Notes under the pieces: model-generated
What the model was told of the DNA's origin: nothing
Database searches by the model: none
What the model saw: only the letters and a program-made list of their open reading frames with translations
NCBI GenBank assembly: GCA_001600815.1
Contig: BCKZ01000031.1
Coordinates: 66,910-110,339, forward strand
Reading direction: 5' to 3'
Length of the DNA stretch: 43,430 nucleotides
Origin: Alloascoidea hylecoeti
Taxonomy: Eukaryota
Part shown: one piece after another, positions 1-11,409 of the stretch
Layout of the letters: each line of letters starts with the position of its first letter
Numbering within the stretch: the stretch's first letter is position 1
Translations under genes and position numbers: made by a program

Positions 1-186
1 CTTCATGGTATCTTGTTCTACAGCTAGAGATTCATTTATATTATTAATGAGCGAATCTTTTTTTTCTTTTAACATATCAACATTGCTTTGAGAGACAGCT
101 ACTTCTGAAGACTTTTGTGTGATTTTTTCTCTCCATGGTTCACCTTCTTTAACCAGCTTATCAATTTGAAGGGTTATATCCTTAGT
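1..186 (-). CDS. SMC4: SMC4 (condensin) coiled-coil fragment; partial, runs off the left edge and has no visible 5' half (gene fragment or exon)
   Basis: Open minus frame 186->1 reads TKDITLQIDKLVKEGEPWREKITQKSSEVAVSQSNVDMLKEKKDSLINNINESLAVEQDTMK. This matches the fungal Smc4 pre-hinge segment pattern KT....QI....K..EPW.EKI..K.S.(I/V)AVAQS..D.L.E. It is preceded by an in-frame TAA at 189-187. Not in the ORF track. Confidence 0.7.
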
Positions 187-2596
187 TTACTGAAAGGAAT
201 TGGAGGATATATTGATATATGGACATATATTAAGTGGTTAGAAAATGCCGATTACAATTGAAGGAAGCCTTTCATTGTTCACAATTGTAGAAACAATGAC
301 TTCCCAAATGATACGTAGCAACTCACAAAATAGATCGAAGAACCCACACATATCAGTTTTTTCCCCGGAATTAAAGGGAGATCCAGAAGGTGACGATACG
401 ATACGGATGGACTATAGGAATAAAGCTAGTATACACCTATATCAAATATATTATAATTTAACTTAGAATCTATCTCCTCATCCTTGTGTTCATTTACATT
501 AAGTTTTTTTTGTTTGCCTTGTAATTGATATGAACTCATGGTCGTACCATTTTGTGTATCTGAAGCCTTAGTTGAAATTTCAAGGTTTCGGGATGTTAAT
601 CACTTGCAATTACTCTCTTCCCCTCATTTATAATTATAGCATGCGATACAACTATATCCCTTAGATCATTTTCGACTTATAAGTAATACATGTATCAGTT
701 TCCTATATCTATCTATCTATCGATCTAACTAGAAAATTAGTCATTTATTGTGGCTTTAATTTTAGGTTTTTAATCACTTTTTCATTCAATTGCGAAGTTG
801 AAACCACAAGAGGACTTGTTGTAGTCTAATGATGAGGATTTGTGTCAATAACATACCAACATTATAATTAAACACAACAAATGTAAGAAATGGAATATTA
901 GCCGGAAAATTATTCTTTCAAAAATTACTTTATTTGAAATAAGAAAGTTATATCTGATTTTACCATTATAAGGGTCCCGTAGTGAACATAATTAGTGGAT
1001 ATCGGTATACTTTGTTGTATTTTCAGATTTTAAGCGAGATATATAAAATACAAATATTATAGGTACGGTCATAAAACATAACGTGTTGTTCTTTCAGGAC
1101 CTTTAAACTCATAGATGGAATTATTTATATGCAAACATAGCTGGATAACAGGTAACCATCAGGACCCAAGGTGTATCAAAACGTCTACATAGAACATAGC
1201 TTAAAAGGGCGATAAAAAGGATTATTATTCCTTAACAGTAGGATTGAAAACTCTCAAAGCTTTTAAAATGGAAGAAGCAGATTCATAAATTTCTTCAAAA
1301 TATTTCGAGTCACATACAAATATTAGCTGAAAAGAAATAATAATTGTGTCGGCTTAGTTCAAACGTAAATTTCATAACTGCGAGCGCATAATCAAAACAT
1401 TTTTTAAAATTTAGCAAGTTTATTGCCAGGAGAATCCGGTGGTCATATTTTAAAAATTATGCAAACAATTAGCGTCTTCAGCAGAGAAGAATTTTTCAAC
1501 TTACGGTTGTGTTGTTTTGATACTTACTCTATATAATACCTTCAGAGAATAACTTTGTAATCAGATGCATCTAAAACAGTTCTAGTAATAGATCCACTAA
1601 ACATAATAATGTGCATTAAATGAGTAAGTACTACAACAGAACTGGTTCTATGGAAATTGACGTATTTACCCGTATAATATAACGTTAACTGTATGTAGAC
1701 AATATAACAGCTCACCCTGACCAAGTTCAATGAATAATAGCATCAATTGGATATCGAACAATATAATGAATATAATTTATACATATATTGAAGTGCAGTT
1801 TTGACTTATTTCCGATAATTCTTGGAATGAACTAGCTAGTAAAGATTCTAACTGCAGCACATTAATTTTGTACAATTTATCAGTTGCAATACATTTTCAT
1901 CTTATTGCAATTGGGTTAGAACAATTTCAACGGACAATTTATCATCTTTTATGGGCAACTCTGAATAATTGATTTGATTGCTTATAACTAATTATTATTA
2001 TGTTGTGTGTCAGCTGGCCTTTAGAGTTTGCCAGCGTTGTGTTATTACAACTATTAATTTTATTTGTTCTCTGCTGTAATTAATTAGGCAGCTAGTTATA
2101 TTATTGCAATCGCAATTGGAATGAACAACTAGCTGATTATATTAAACAACATCAATTGGAAATGATGAACTTACAATTTACGCTTTCTTTCGCTTTTTAA
2201 TTTTTGTGTTCTTTATTCAATTAGATAATTTATATAAAAAATTCAATTTCTTAATGCAATCTTTAAAATGTGTTCTCTTTATTGTAGTGTTCTTTTTAGT
2301 CACTTGAGAAAATCAATCGCAAAACAAAATTGGAACAATAATAGTTAGTTAGCTAAAAAAAATTAAATCAAGAATGATGAATTCGAATCTATTTTTTTTT
2401 TTGTTTTTGAGATTTCTAAAAAGACAATTAATTAATGCCAATAATAATAATAAAAATAAAATAAAAAATGAAAAATAACTAGTATTAATTGCAATTGAAA
2501 CGAATAAAAAAGTGGAATAAAAAAATGGAATTAGAGGGTTGGATCGAATAAAAACAATAGTATATTATAACGTTCAATGCAGTAAAATAATAAACC

Positions 2597-2650
2597 AAAA
2601 GAAAAGAAAAGAAAAGAAAAGAAAAGAAAAGAAAAGAAAAGAAAAGGAAA
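2597..2650. repeat. (GAAAA)n pentanucleotide microsatellite
   Basis: About 10 tandem AAAAG units downstream of the YCK stop. Confidence 0.95.
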
Positions 2651-3093
2651 AAAGACAAAGAGAAAAAAGATTACATTATTATTGTTTTAATTATTACTAA
2701 TTATTATTTTGATTTATAAGTAATTGCTTCCACAATCTCAAGCTCTTTCCTTTTATTTACATATTTATAATAAAAAAAGAAAAAGAAAAAGACAACAGAC
2801 AAGATAAGATAAAATAAATATAAAAGTAAAAGCTTCAAGTATGTAAAAAATGTAGATTTTCAAATGTAATTGTAATTACAATTAATTATGATGTGGAAGT
2901 ATTAGATAAAACAAAAATAACAATTAATAATTATAATTAGGGGAATCAAAAAATTGTTATCCTCCACTTTAACAAAATATATTAATTGTTAAATAAGAAC
3001 AGAGAGATATCTATAAGAAAAGAAAAGACAGAAGAAATAATTTTTTTTATTAACAGTAAATATCATTTCATATAATTTTTTTAATTTTTTTTA

Positions 3094-4584
3094 TTAACCA
3101 CAGCAAAATGATGCAATTTTAGACCAAAAACTTTTCTTGCGTGGTGGCTCAGAATCACCATTAACAGTGTCTTGAGCTTGTTGGTGTTGTTGTTGTTGAT
3201 AAGATTGATGCTGTTGTTGTTGTTGCTCTGTTTTACTCTCATTAGGCAAATTCAAACGTTGTTGTGATCCAGCAAGTGCAATATTACTACCATTTGGTGG
3301 TTGATTTTGACTAGTGGATCCATTAGTATTTGTTGTTTGAAGTCTTCCTCTTGGGCTTTTAGAATTATTATTAGTAAGTGGTAATTGTTGACCAGGCGGT
3401 CTTGTATTTGAACGATGTTGATGTTGTCTTGCTTTATCAGGAGGAGTTGGATTTCCATAGCCATGTAAATTAGGCTTTCTATTAATACTGGCATCCCAAC
3501 CTCTTCCACCGTTTAGTTTCATCCAATCATATTGCCCGTCTTCAACTTCACCAATAGAAGCTAGGGCATCTGTAAATAAAGATCTTAAATAATTATAATC
3601 CGGAGTATCTTCAAAACTCAAATTTCTTACATAGGTCATATATTGAGCAAATTGAGGAGGGAAACCTTCACATAATTCTAAAATTGGAGTAGTTTGTTTT
3701 TTTTCACCAATTTTCTCATATTTTTGTTTGTTTGTTGGAGCTTTGAGACCTTGCCATGGTAATCCGCCTCGTAAAAAATACATAAATACATGACCAAGTG
3801 CTTCTAAATCATCTCGCCTGGATTGTTCTCTACCCAAATGTGTATTGATGCTCATATATCTAGCAGTTCCACTTAAACTTTTACGTTCTCTATATGGAAT
3901 ATGTTGTTTTGTTTTGGGGTCTCTATATTGTTTAGCCATACCAAAATCGATCATATGGATTTGATTTGCATTTTTTGTAGATGGTCTCCCTATGATGAAA
4001 TTATCAGGTTTTATATCTCTGTAGATTAAATCCTTTTCATGAACACTTTGTATCCGAGTGATCATTTGTTTTGCGGACATTACTACAGTTTTAATGCTAA
4101 AACGACGACCACACCAGTCGAAGAGATCTTCTAGACTTGGACCCAATAGATCGATGACCAGAATATTGTGTATACCTTCCTGGCCGAAGTAGTAAACATT
4201 TGGGATTCCCACTGGATAAAAAATAAAAAAATTTAAATAAAAAGTTAGAAAAATGAAGAAAAAGTTATAGGTCTAGAATCGTAAGATTTGTAAAATACTT
4301 ACAACAACCAGACAATATTTTGTAAGCTCGGTATTCATCTCGCAGCTGGGGAGCCTCACTTTTCCTCGGTTCCTATAAAAATAGTTAGAATGAAGGCCGT
4401 GGTGGAAGTGAATGTTGGATGGACATACGAATTTTATGGCGACCTGTTGATTGTTGAGAAGGTTTGTTCCCTCAAAAATGACACCAAAGGAGCCCTCACC
4501 TATTTTCTTGCCGACCCTGTAGTGAACCCCGATGACATTTGCCGAGTGGGCCTGGGAAGATGAAGCCTGGGAGTTGATGGGCAT
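3094..4584 (-). CDS. YCK2: Casein kinase I, Yck1/Yck2 (membrane, C-terminal CC) type; 3 exons 4584-4429, 4372-4303, 4211-3094; 447 aa
   Basis: Motifs [52 protein letters not shown], a Q-rich tail and terminal FCCG. GTATGT/GTAAGT donors, CTAAC branches and YAG acceptors give a continuous frame. Confidence 0.95.
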
Positions 4585-4664
4585 TTCTGGGTGTTGGAAA
4601 AGAAGAGAAGGAGGTTTAAGCGAGAAAAGGAGAACATTCGGAAATATTGCCTCGGAATTTGTTT

Positions 4665-4714
4665 GGAAACCTTTTGGAAACCTTTTGGAAACCTTTCGGA
4701 AACCTTTCGGAAAC
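4665..4714. repeat. 11-bp tandem repeat GGAAACCTTT(T/C) x4.5 in the YCK/EAF3 divergent promoter
   Basis: Units start at 4665, 4676, 4687 and 4698, with a partial unit at 4709. Confidence 0.9.
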
Positions 4715-4814
4715 ACTCGTCCGTTCGGATGATGTTCGCATTATATTCGGGTAATACTGTACCATGTAATGTATCGTACAAACAGTACTCCTTAAAAACA
4801 ACTGGAACATCAAA

Positions 4815-5946
4815 ATGCTTACCTTAGGATCACGCTGCCTAGCATACCACGGACCTCTGCTCTACGAAGCCAAAGTACTACGTCTGCACGAGGAGGGAAG
4901 CAACGTTGTTCAAATAAAAGAAGACACTTTCACCACAAACGAACACGCTCAACTCCCTGAAGATTATAAGGATAAATTGGTGTATTATATCCATTATAAA
5001 GGTTGGAAACCTAAATGGGATGAATGGGTCCTAAAAGAACGAGTAATACAAATAAATGAAGAAAATTTAGCTTTACAGAAAAAATTGATCCAAACTATTA
5101 ACATTACAAAAGAGTCAATCGCTTCAAGACGTAAAAAAGATCCAAGTGAAACTCCTAGTGAAAAATCTGATTATAATACTAGAAAACGCGCTAAATTTAC
5201 AAATTCTGATGAAAATTCAAATTCTCATTCAAATTCAAATTCAAAAGATGGTGAAAATGTATGTTTATTTATAATTTGTTATATGTTATTACGCGTGTAT
5301 AAAACATGTATAAAACATGTATAACGCGCCTTTACGATTACTAACTATGCCTAAAAATTTAGGATAATGATGCGAAAAAACCAGAAATTAATCTATCTAT
5401 TCCTGATTCTTTAAAAGCAAGACTTGTTGATGATTGGGAATTAGTAACAAAAGATCATCAGGTAATTATCATTTACTATTATTACTAATCAAATCTAACA
5501 ATTTATTATTATAGTTAGTTGAGTTACCACGCTCTCCAAATGTTGTGGAAGTATTAAACATGATGAAAAATAGCATAACTCCTAAAAAACCAGATAGTCC
5601 AGAATCTGAAGTTCTTGAGGAAATTTTATCAGGTTTAAAATTATATTTTGATAGATCCTTAGGTACAATATTATTATACAGATATGAAAGACAACAATAT
5701 TTAACAATTAAAAAAACTTATCCAAATAAACCTGCAAGTGAAATTTATGGTAGTGAACATTTATTAAGATTATTTGTATCTTTACCTGGTTTAATATCAC
5801 AAACAAATATGGATTTTCAAAGTGCTGGTGTGTTAAAAGAACATATTGAAGAATTTTTAAAATTCTTAGAGAAAAATCAATCAGTTTTTGTTGATTATTA
5901 TTCAAATACTGCTCCTTCTTATGAATCTTTATCAATGAATAGTTAA
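4815..5946 (+). CDS. EAF3: Eaf3/MRG15 chromodomain-MRG protein (NuA4/Rpd3S); 3 exons 4815-5258, 5363-5461, 5515-5946; 324 aa
   Basis: Chromo-barrel motifs CLAYHGPLLYEAK and IHYKGWKPKWDEWV; MRG motifs LVDDWELVTK, LGTILLYRYER, YGSEHLLRLFV. TACTAAC/CTAAC branches and canonical splice sites. Confidence 0.95.
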
Positions 5947-6058
5947 ATATATATTTGTTCTTTTTTATTTTGAAGTTTTGCATTGAAATTTTGAAATTTC
6001 AAAAACCGTTGAATAAAATAAAAAGATAAACAATTACCATTACAATCAAATTGATTTT

Positions 6059-6108
6059 TACATTTGAATTCACATTTACATTTACATTTACATTTACATT
6101 TACATTTA
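6059..6108. repeat. (CATTTA)n hexanucleotide microsatellite in the EAF3 3' region
   Basis: Tandem CATTTA units; these produce the spurious KCKCKC ORF. Confidence 0.9.
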
Positions 6109-6374
6109 GTCCTTATTTTTAAATTGATATTTTTATTTTTTTCATTATAAAGTTTATAAAAAAACAATCTAGAGCCGTTGGTCAAACCCGTGAGTTTAAA
6201 TTTGTTTTGTAGACCCCCCCAAAATGATAGTATTGTAATCAATGATATCCTGATCCACGAGGTCTTAGTATTTTGAAAGAGACAAAAGAACTAAGTATTT
6301 CTTCGTCTTTAAAATATATGGAAGGCTCAGAATTGCAATTCCTGCCTTTGAACTTTTATGGGGAGATTTTACAT

Positions 6375-7012
6375 GTGTCCGCTGTCACTCCGACGCCTTT
6401 ATCTCCTTTCAATTGAGCCAATTCATCGTAATTACAGCTTTCTAGATAGGTATATTATCCTTCTTTAATATGGGACCCTCAGGAATCTTATCAAATACCT
6501 ATTACAGAAGTTCCTAAATGTGGGAACGTACAGTGGGCCCTTTTTTCCGCTATTAAGATCCTCAACCACTCTATACTGCCTCCTTCCCAAATTCCAGTCC
6601 ATACCATATGTCTCACAGATCCAAACTTCTTTATATTATATTTTGAACTTCAAAGTTCTGGCATGACCGTTGCCGAGCTCATCTATCTTTAGACAATACC
6701 TTTTTATTTATCTGTTCTTCTCACTCAGATAAGACTATTTTAATGCCGGAAATATTTCATATTCATGTTTTTACAAAAGGATTCTTAGATGGTCTTTGAT
6801 ATTCAATTATTGAACTTTGAAGCTCTTCAAACGTGTTTAAAGAGTATGCTTTTATAATTCTCAGGATTCGATTTAATGCCCTTTCAGAATGGTTTTCGGG
6901 ATCTTTGGGTCTAGGAGGTGTTACTCTAGAAAAGTTGGAAATTTTCTGTATTATGTCCCCTACAGTTGAAGGTGCAATATTAAGAATTTTTGACTATTTT
7001 GGGAATTGAGAA
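6375..7012 (-). mobile_element. Decayed Tc1/mariner (DDE) transposase relic, copy 1
   Basis: Minus-strand pieces with stops and frameshifts, in Tc1 order: HTH SKILNIAPSTVGDIIQK, PPRPKDPENHSERALNRILRIIK, HEYEIFPALK*SYLSEKNR, KFGSVRHMVWTGIWEGG, ILKKDNIPI*KAVITMNWL. Homologous DNA recurs at 19.7-20.1 kb and 40.5 kb. Confidence 0.8.
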
Positions 7013-7399
7013 CAGTGGATATGTTTACCGGTACTCAGATTACATATTTCAATCCGCTTAGTTGGTTGCAATCGCTTTCTTGAAGTAGAATTCCCTGAAA
7101 TGTTGCTTAACGGAAATATTTAAAAAGGTGGGGTATTTTTTGGAAGCGTATATGTTAAAAAAACGAACGGCTAGAGAACCAAGCTTGATTACAAGAACTG
7201 GATCCAGTACTCCCTTTATATTAACTACGGTATCTAGCTACACTTTCAAAATTAGTTTCATCTCTAGCAATAGACTTGAACCGTCCACCAATTGCTCATC
7301 TTATCGAATATTCTTCCACAAAATCGGCCAACCACTTCATATTTTGGTTATCAACCTATTTAATGAGCCTTTAGTATATAATAGATGCATTTTCAATCC

Positions 7400-7560
7400 G
7401 TTCAGTTGTGACTTTTCCATCACTGCACCTCTTCAAAACTTCTTCTGGTTTGAATGCTGATACAACTGCTTTCTTGAAACGAGAAAGTATGTTTCTGGAG
7501 GCCACACTTGCCATATATTTTCAAAAGGTCAGCTCTCTCGGAATTTCTGACCAGGGAGAT
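7400..7560 (-). mobile_element. Probable pogo/Fot1-type transposase relic (C-terminal part)
   Basis: Minus frame SRNILSRFKKAVVSAFKPEEVLKR resembles the Fot1/pogo post-DDD motif NI.SGF...G+.PFNP..VL; flanked by stops. Confidence 0.45.
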
Positions 7561-9301
7561 GTATGTAGATTTTCTGAGTTATACTTGTGCAGCTTGTAAC
7601 TATTGCAACATATCGTATTTAAATTAAGTAAAATATCAATCAATTTCAAAGCATAAATTTTTATCTATTTTTAAATATTAGTTTCAATAGCAAATAATAA
7701 ATTTTTAAGGTGAATCTTACAATAGTCTTACAAATATCTAACTGCAGCTATAGGTATAAAAACGTATGGCAATGCATTGTGTTATTCCTCAAAATGTTAA
7801 CCTTAATTACTTTAATTTAGATCCACCACAATTATTAGCACAAGTTTGCTGTGAAATTCAAGAAACTCATTTTGAGTTTTATAGAGCATATAGCCTTTTG
7901 GGCTTGCTTTCTTAAGCTTAAGTTCTTTAGTTTTAGTTTTATAATTAGGTATCCTTGCAAATATTGATATCGCTTAGTTAAGATCATCCATAGGTCCTTA
8001 ATAGTTCAATAATATTATTGTATTTTAGCACGGCGTTACTAATCAATATACTGGATATCCATTAAAACATACAATACAATCTTTACAATACTATTACTTT
8101 ACTATTATGTATGTAAAATTACAATAATACAAGACGAGATTTTGGAATATAAGGTTTTGTTGCTGTTATACACGTGATCACATGTGAAGATCATCATGAT
8201 AATGAAGACTCATTGAAGACAAAGAAGAGTCAAGTTCGGAGCTAAAAATTATCAATTGTTGTACTTAGATTACATGTAATTAACTGGTGATGGTTCAGGG
8301 TTTGTTAAAGGAAAAGTCATTGTCATTTTACTAAGATTTGTTAGAAGATGGTTTTATTAACACAAATCCTCTCTAAGCTAATCACATTTATCAACCCTAC
8401 AACTAATTGATCTCTTAAGATTTCTACGACACCATCTCATAATGAGATGATTCTTGATGTCTGATGGGATCTCATTAGATAGCTATCCCATTACCCACCT
8501 TTCTCAGCCAGCCACAGACATTCTGTGGCTCAACTTACATAAATTTTAGATACTTCACATTTAATTTTTGCTTGTTCTTAACAATGACAAAATATTCTAT
8601 CACCGGTACCGAAATTAAAATATATGCCTCCAAGGTTGTCCATTATTTTCTTGATAAGATGGATGCATATAAATCGTCATTAGCCCTCCAAAAGAAAGAA
8701 ATTGAGCAATGTTGAATTGAAAAGTATTAATTCATCTACCTCACATAGTGAAATATAAATTTATACATATTACGAATAGGATTGGGATTAGAAATGGAAA
8801 TGGTTAATAATCATTGAATGACTGAAGCTCATTTTTTAAAACGAAGGGAGAGTGCTATAATTGAATTTATTTTGATATGAAGAATAAGAAGATGAATCAA
8901 TAGAGTTTTATTGAAAATTAAAGATTTGGGATGCTGGAATGGTTAAGAACAAGAAAATGGGAAGACATAAGCGAGGTGGATAATTATAGAGAAGAGAAAA
9001 ACGAACGGTTTAATCTCCAGATCGAAACACCCGGAGCTCTTTCAAAATAAAACGAAGAGATTTAGAAACGGTAGGAAGGCCAAGCTCTTCAGTGAAAATC
9101 CAAAAATGAGTGATATGCAGGTAACAAGAAAACTTCTTAAGGTATAAATAAGCAGGATCAAAAACTGGGTGAAAAAGAAGAAGAAAACCACAAACTTTGA
9201 ATTAAGAATAGAAGAATTTGTATAAAATTGACTGGAGAATCTATTAAGAGAAGTAGTTTATATATACACAAAATCTAATGAATTCATCTTTATTTGTGTT
9301 C

Positions 9302-9401
9302 CTAGTAGTTGTTTTGGCAAACACTTGTTTTCGGCCCCACAAGCACCCTGGAGTGCATAACCACAACGGGAAATCCCTTATAATTGTCACAATCGTTAAT
9401 A

Positions 9402-9452
<51 letters not shown>

Positions 9453-11409
9453 GGTGGTGGTGGTGGTGGTGGTGGTGGTGGTAATTGAATATGGCCAACA
9501 TTACAGTCTCCCTTTGTCATTAATTTTGTAATGTCATTGATTATTATACGATCAATTGTTGAAAAAGTTCCGGTACTACCATTATTATTGTTGTTGATGT
9601 TCTCAAAATCTGATTTTCTATGATATTCCTCTAAATCTGATGGGTCACGATAATTATCAAATGTTGAACTTGCAATTGTTGATGGAGAACCAGATACACT
9701 TGATGAAGCTTTACTGAATAGATCACTATAATCATAACTACTAATTCGAGATCTTTGGCCCTCTGAACTAATGTTATCATGACTATAATTTGAGATTTTT
9801 CCAAGTACAACTGATTGATTATAGTCAGAGATGCTGCTAGAATCAGTATTACTTTGATAGGTTTCAACATTAGTATTTGTTTTTGAATGCAAACCAATAA
9901 AAGTATCACCATCACAAGATAATAATTTGTCTTTTAAAATTCCATTTTTACCAATTTCCAAATCAGATATGATATTTAAAGTTGAAGAAATTATTTCTCC
10001 ATTATAATAATTTACTTGCTTTCTATAATCATTTTGATAATTTTTCTTTTCATAGAAAATATCATCAATTGTATGATTGACATTTAATATATCATCATTA
10101 TCATTATAATTATAATTATTGTTGCAATTATTGAGATCCCATCGAACAATTGTACCATCACTGGATCCCGAGTAAAGTTCATTTCCATTTAAATTTTCAT
10201 TCTCAGAAAATTTAAGTGAATTTATTGAATCGCAATGCCCATTAAGAACATTAAAATAATCACAAGCTCTAATGTCCCAAACTTTAATTGAATAATGATC
10301 ATTATGAGATGAAACTAACAAATTTTCATCAAAATTTGACCAAGTTACCTTTTCAGCATTTGAATTGGAATCTAATCTTTTTGATTTGAAAAATTGAGGT
10401 TCATTTGATCTTAAATCAAATAAAGATATACCAAATCCATCACCTGCAATTGAAACTAAACCATCTCTCAATGGTGAAATATTAAAATCATTTGCTCCCT
10501 TAATATTTAGTTTTAATAATGGAATATCATTTCTGTTTGGATCCCATAAAAATATATCATCGTTACATAAAGTAACTATAGATGATTTAGGACATGATTT
10601 CCAATTGCTATTTGCCAGGTTTAAATTTTTAACACGGCTGCATGCTCGTGATGCATATGATAGGTGTCTCTATAAATAGAAAGTTAGACCTACACAGTTT
10701 TATATCAAGAAATCTTGGAAATCACTTACCTTATGATTAAACCTCATTTTTATCTTTGCAGAATCTTTGCTATTATTGTCAGGAATAGAAATGAATTGTA
10801 CAATACCTTGTTTATGTCCCGTTGCAAGTATATTTGAAATTTCAGAATCTGATGTAGACACCCATTTCATAGTAGTGATTCCTGGGGCGGTAATTGTTTT
10901 ATGATGCTACTAACATTAATATAAAGTAAAAATGTTAAGTTCATAAATATTAGAGGTACTTACAGTTAATAGTAAAGAAACAGGGTCCACTTCATATATT
11001 AGAAGATTAGAGGAGTCGTTCCCGCTTCCAACTGCAACAACAGCATCTACCTAAAAATTCAAAACCAAAACAATTAACAACATGCAAAGATATATTCATA
11101 TTTTTATCATCAATATATAACAAAACTTACATCATGAGCAGCAATACTAGTTAGAAAAGAAGTCGATTCAGGGGTTCTCCAAAAACTGGAAACCATTTTT
11201 GGTGTTTTAAAATTAGAACATGTTTGATTTAAAAGTACATTGTCACTTAGGTATCTTTTCAATAACCAATTCTCATGTCTTGTTTTCTTTTTTAGATTCA
11301 AAGACATTAATGACGATGATGGGTTGTGTTGTTCAAATGTATTTGTATGTAGATTTGCTAAAGATCTGATTGCGTTGGATCGAAAGAGAAAAGAAGAATC
11401 GAGAGACAT
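9302..11409 (-). CDS. DSE1: Dse1-like WD40 protein; 4 exons 11409-11131, 11050-10964, 10906-10730, 10669-9302; 636 aa
   Basis: N-terminal FRSNAI...MSL..KKK...SSFW, KTITAPG, ILATGHKQGIV and AKIKMRFNH parallel S. cerevisiae Dse1 (FRQPAI, TITVPG, ILTGHQDGIV, AKIIKRFNH). WD repeats IKVWDIR and GSSDGTIVRWD. GTAAGT donors throughout. Confidence 0.85.
9402..9483 (-). repeat. Compound (CCA)n(CAA)n trinucleotide repeat encoding poly-Pro then poly-Gln in the Dse1 tail
   Basis: Plus strand (TTG)n followed by (GTG)n; translation gives P10 then Q16. Confidence 0.95.

Noticed and set aside
245..466. 73-aa plus ORF upstream of the SMC4 fragment
   Set aside because: No recognisable motif; neither strand looks like Smc4; length is compatible with chance.
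1741..2170. Recurrent CAATTG / ACTAGCT / CATCAATTGGA words
   Set aside because: Short, irregularly ordered, in low-complexity AT-rich DNA; no consistent unit or spacer structure.
4273..4827. Cluster of overlapping ORFs with FPKGF/KPFGNL repeats
   Set aside because: Translations of the 11-bp promoter repeat and read-through of YCK intron 1; the true start is 4584. Not a CRISPR array (no spacers).
4340..4862. Alternative (CUG-Ser/Ala) genetic code
   Set aside because: CTG encodes conserved Leu in CK1 (APQL) and Eaf3 (GPLL), and a tRNA-Leu(UAG) is present.
5943..6242. Cys-rich KCKCKC ORF resembling a metallothionein
   Set aside because: Product of the (CATTTA)n microsatellite, with a non-ATG start.
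8171..8186. CACGTGATCACATGTG (CDEI-like), with a similar motif at 16741-16756
   Set aside because: No CDEII/CDEIII arrangement recognised; insufficient for a point-centromere call.
9244..9501. Poly-His/Asn and poly-Leu/Trp ORFs
   Set aside because: Alternative frames of the DSE1 trinucleotide repeat.
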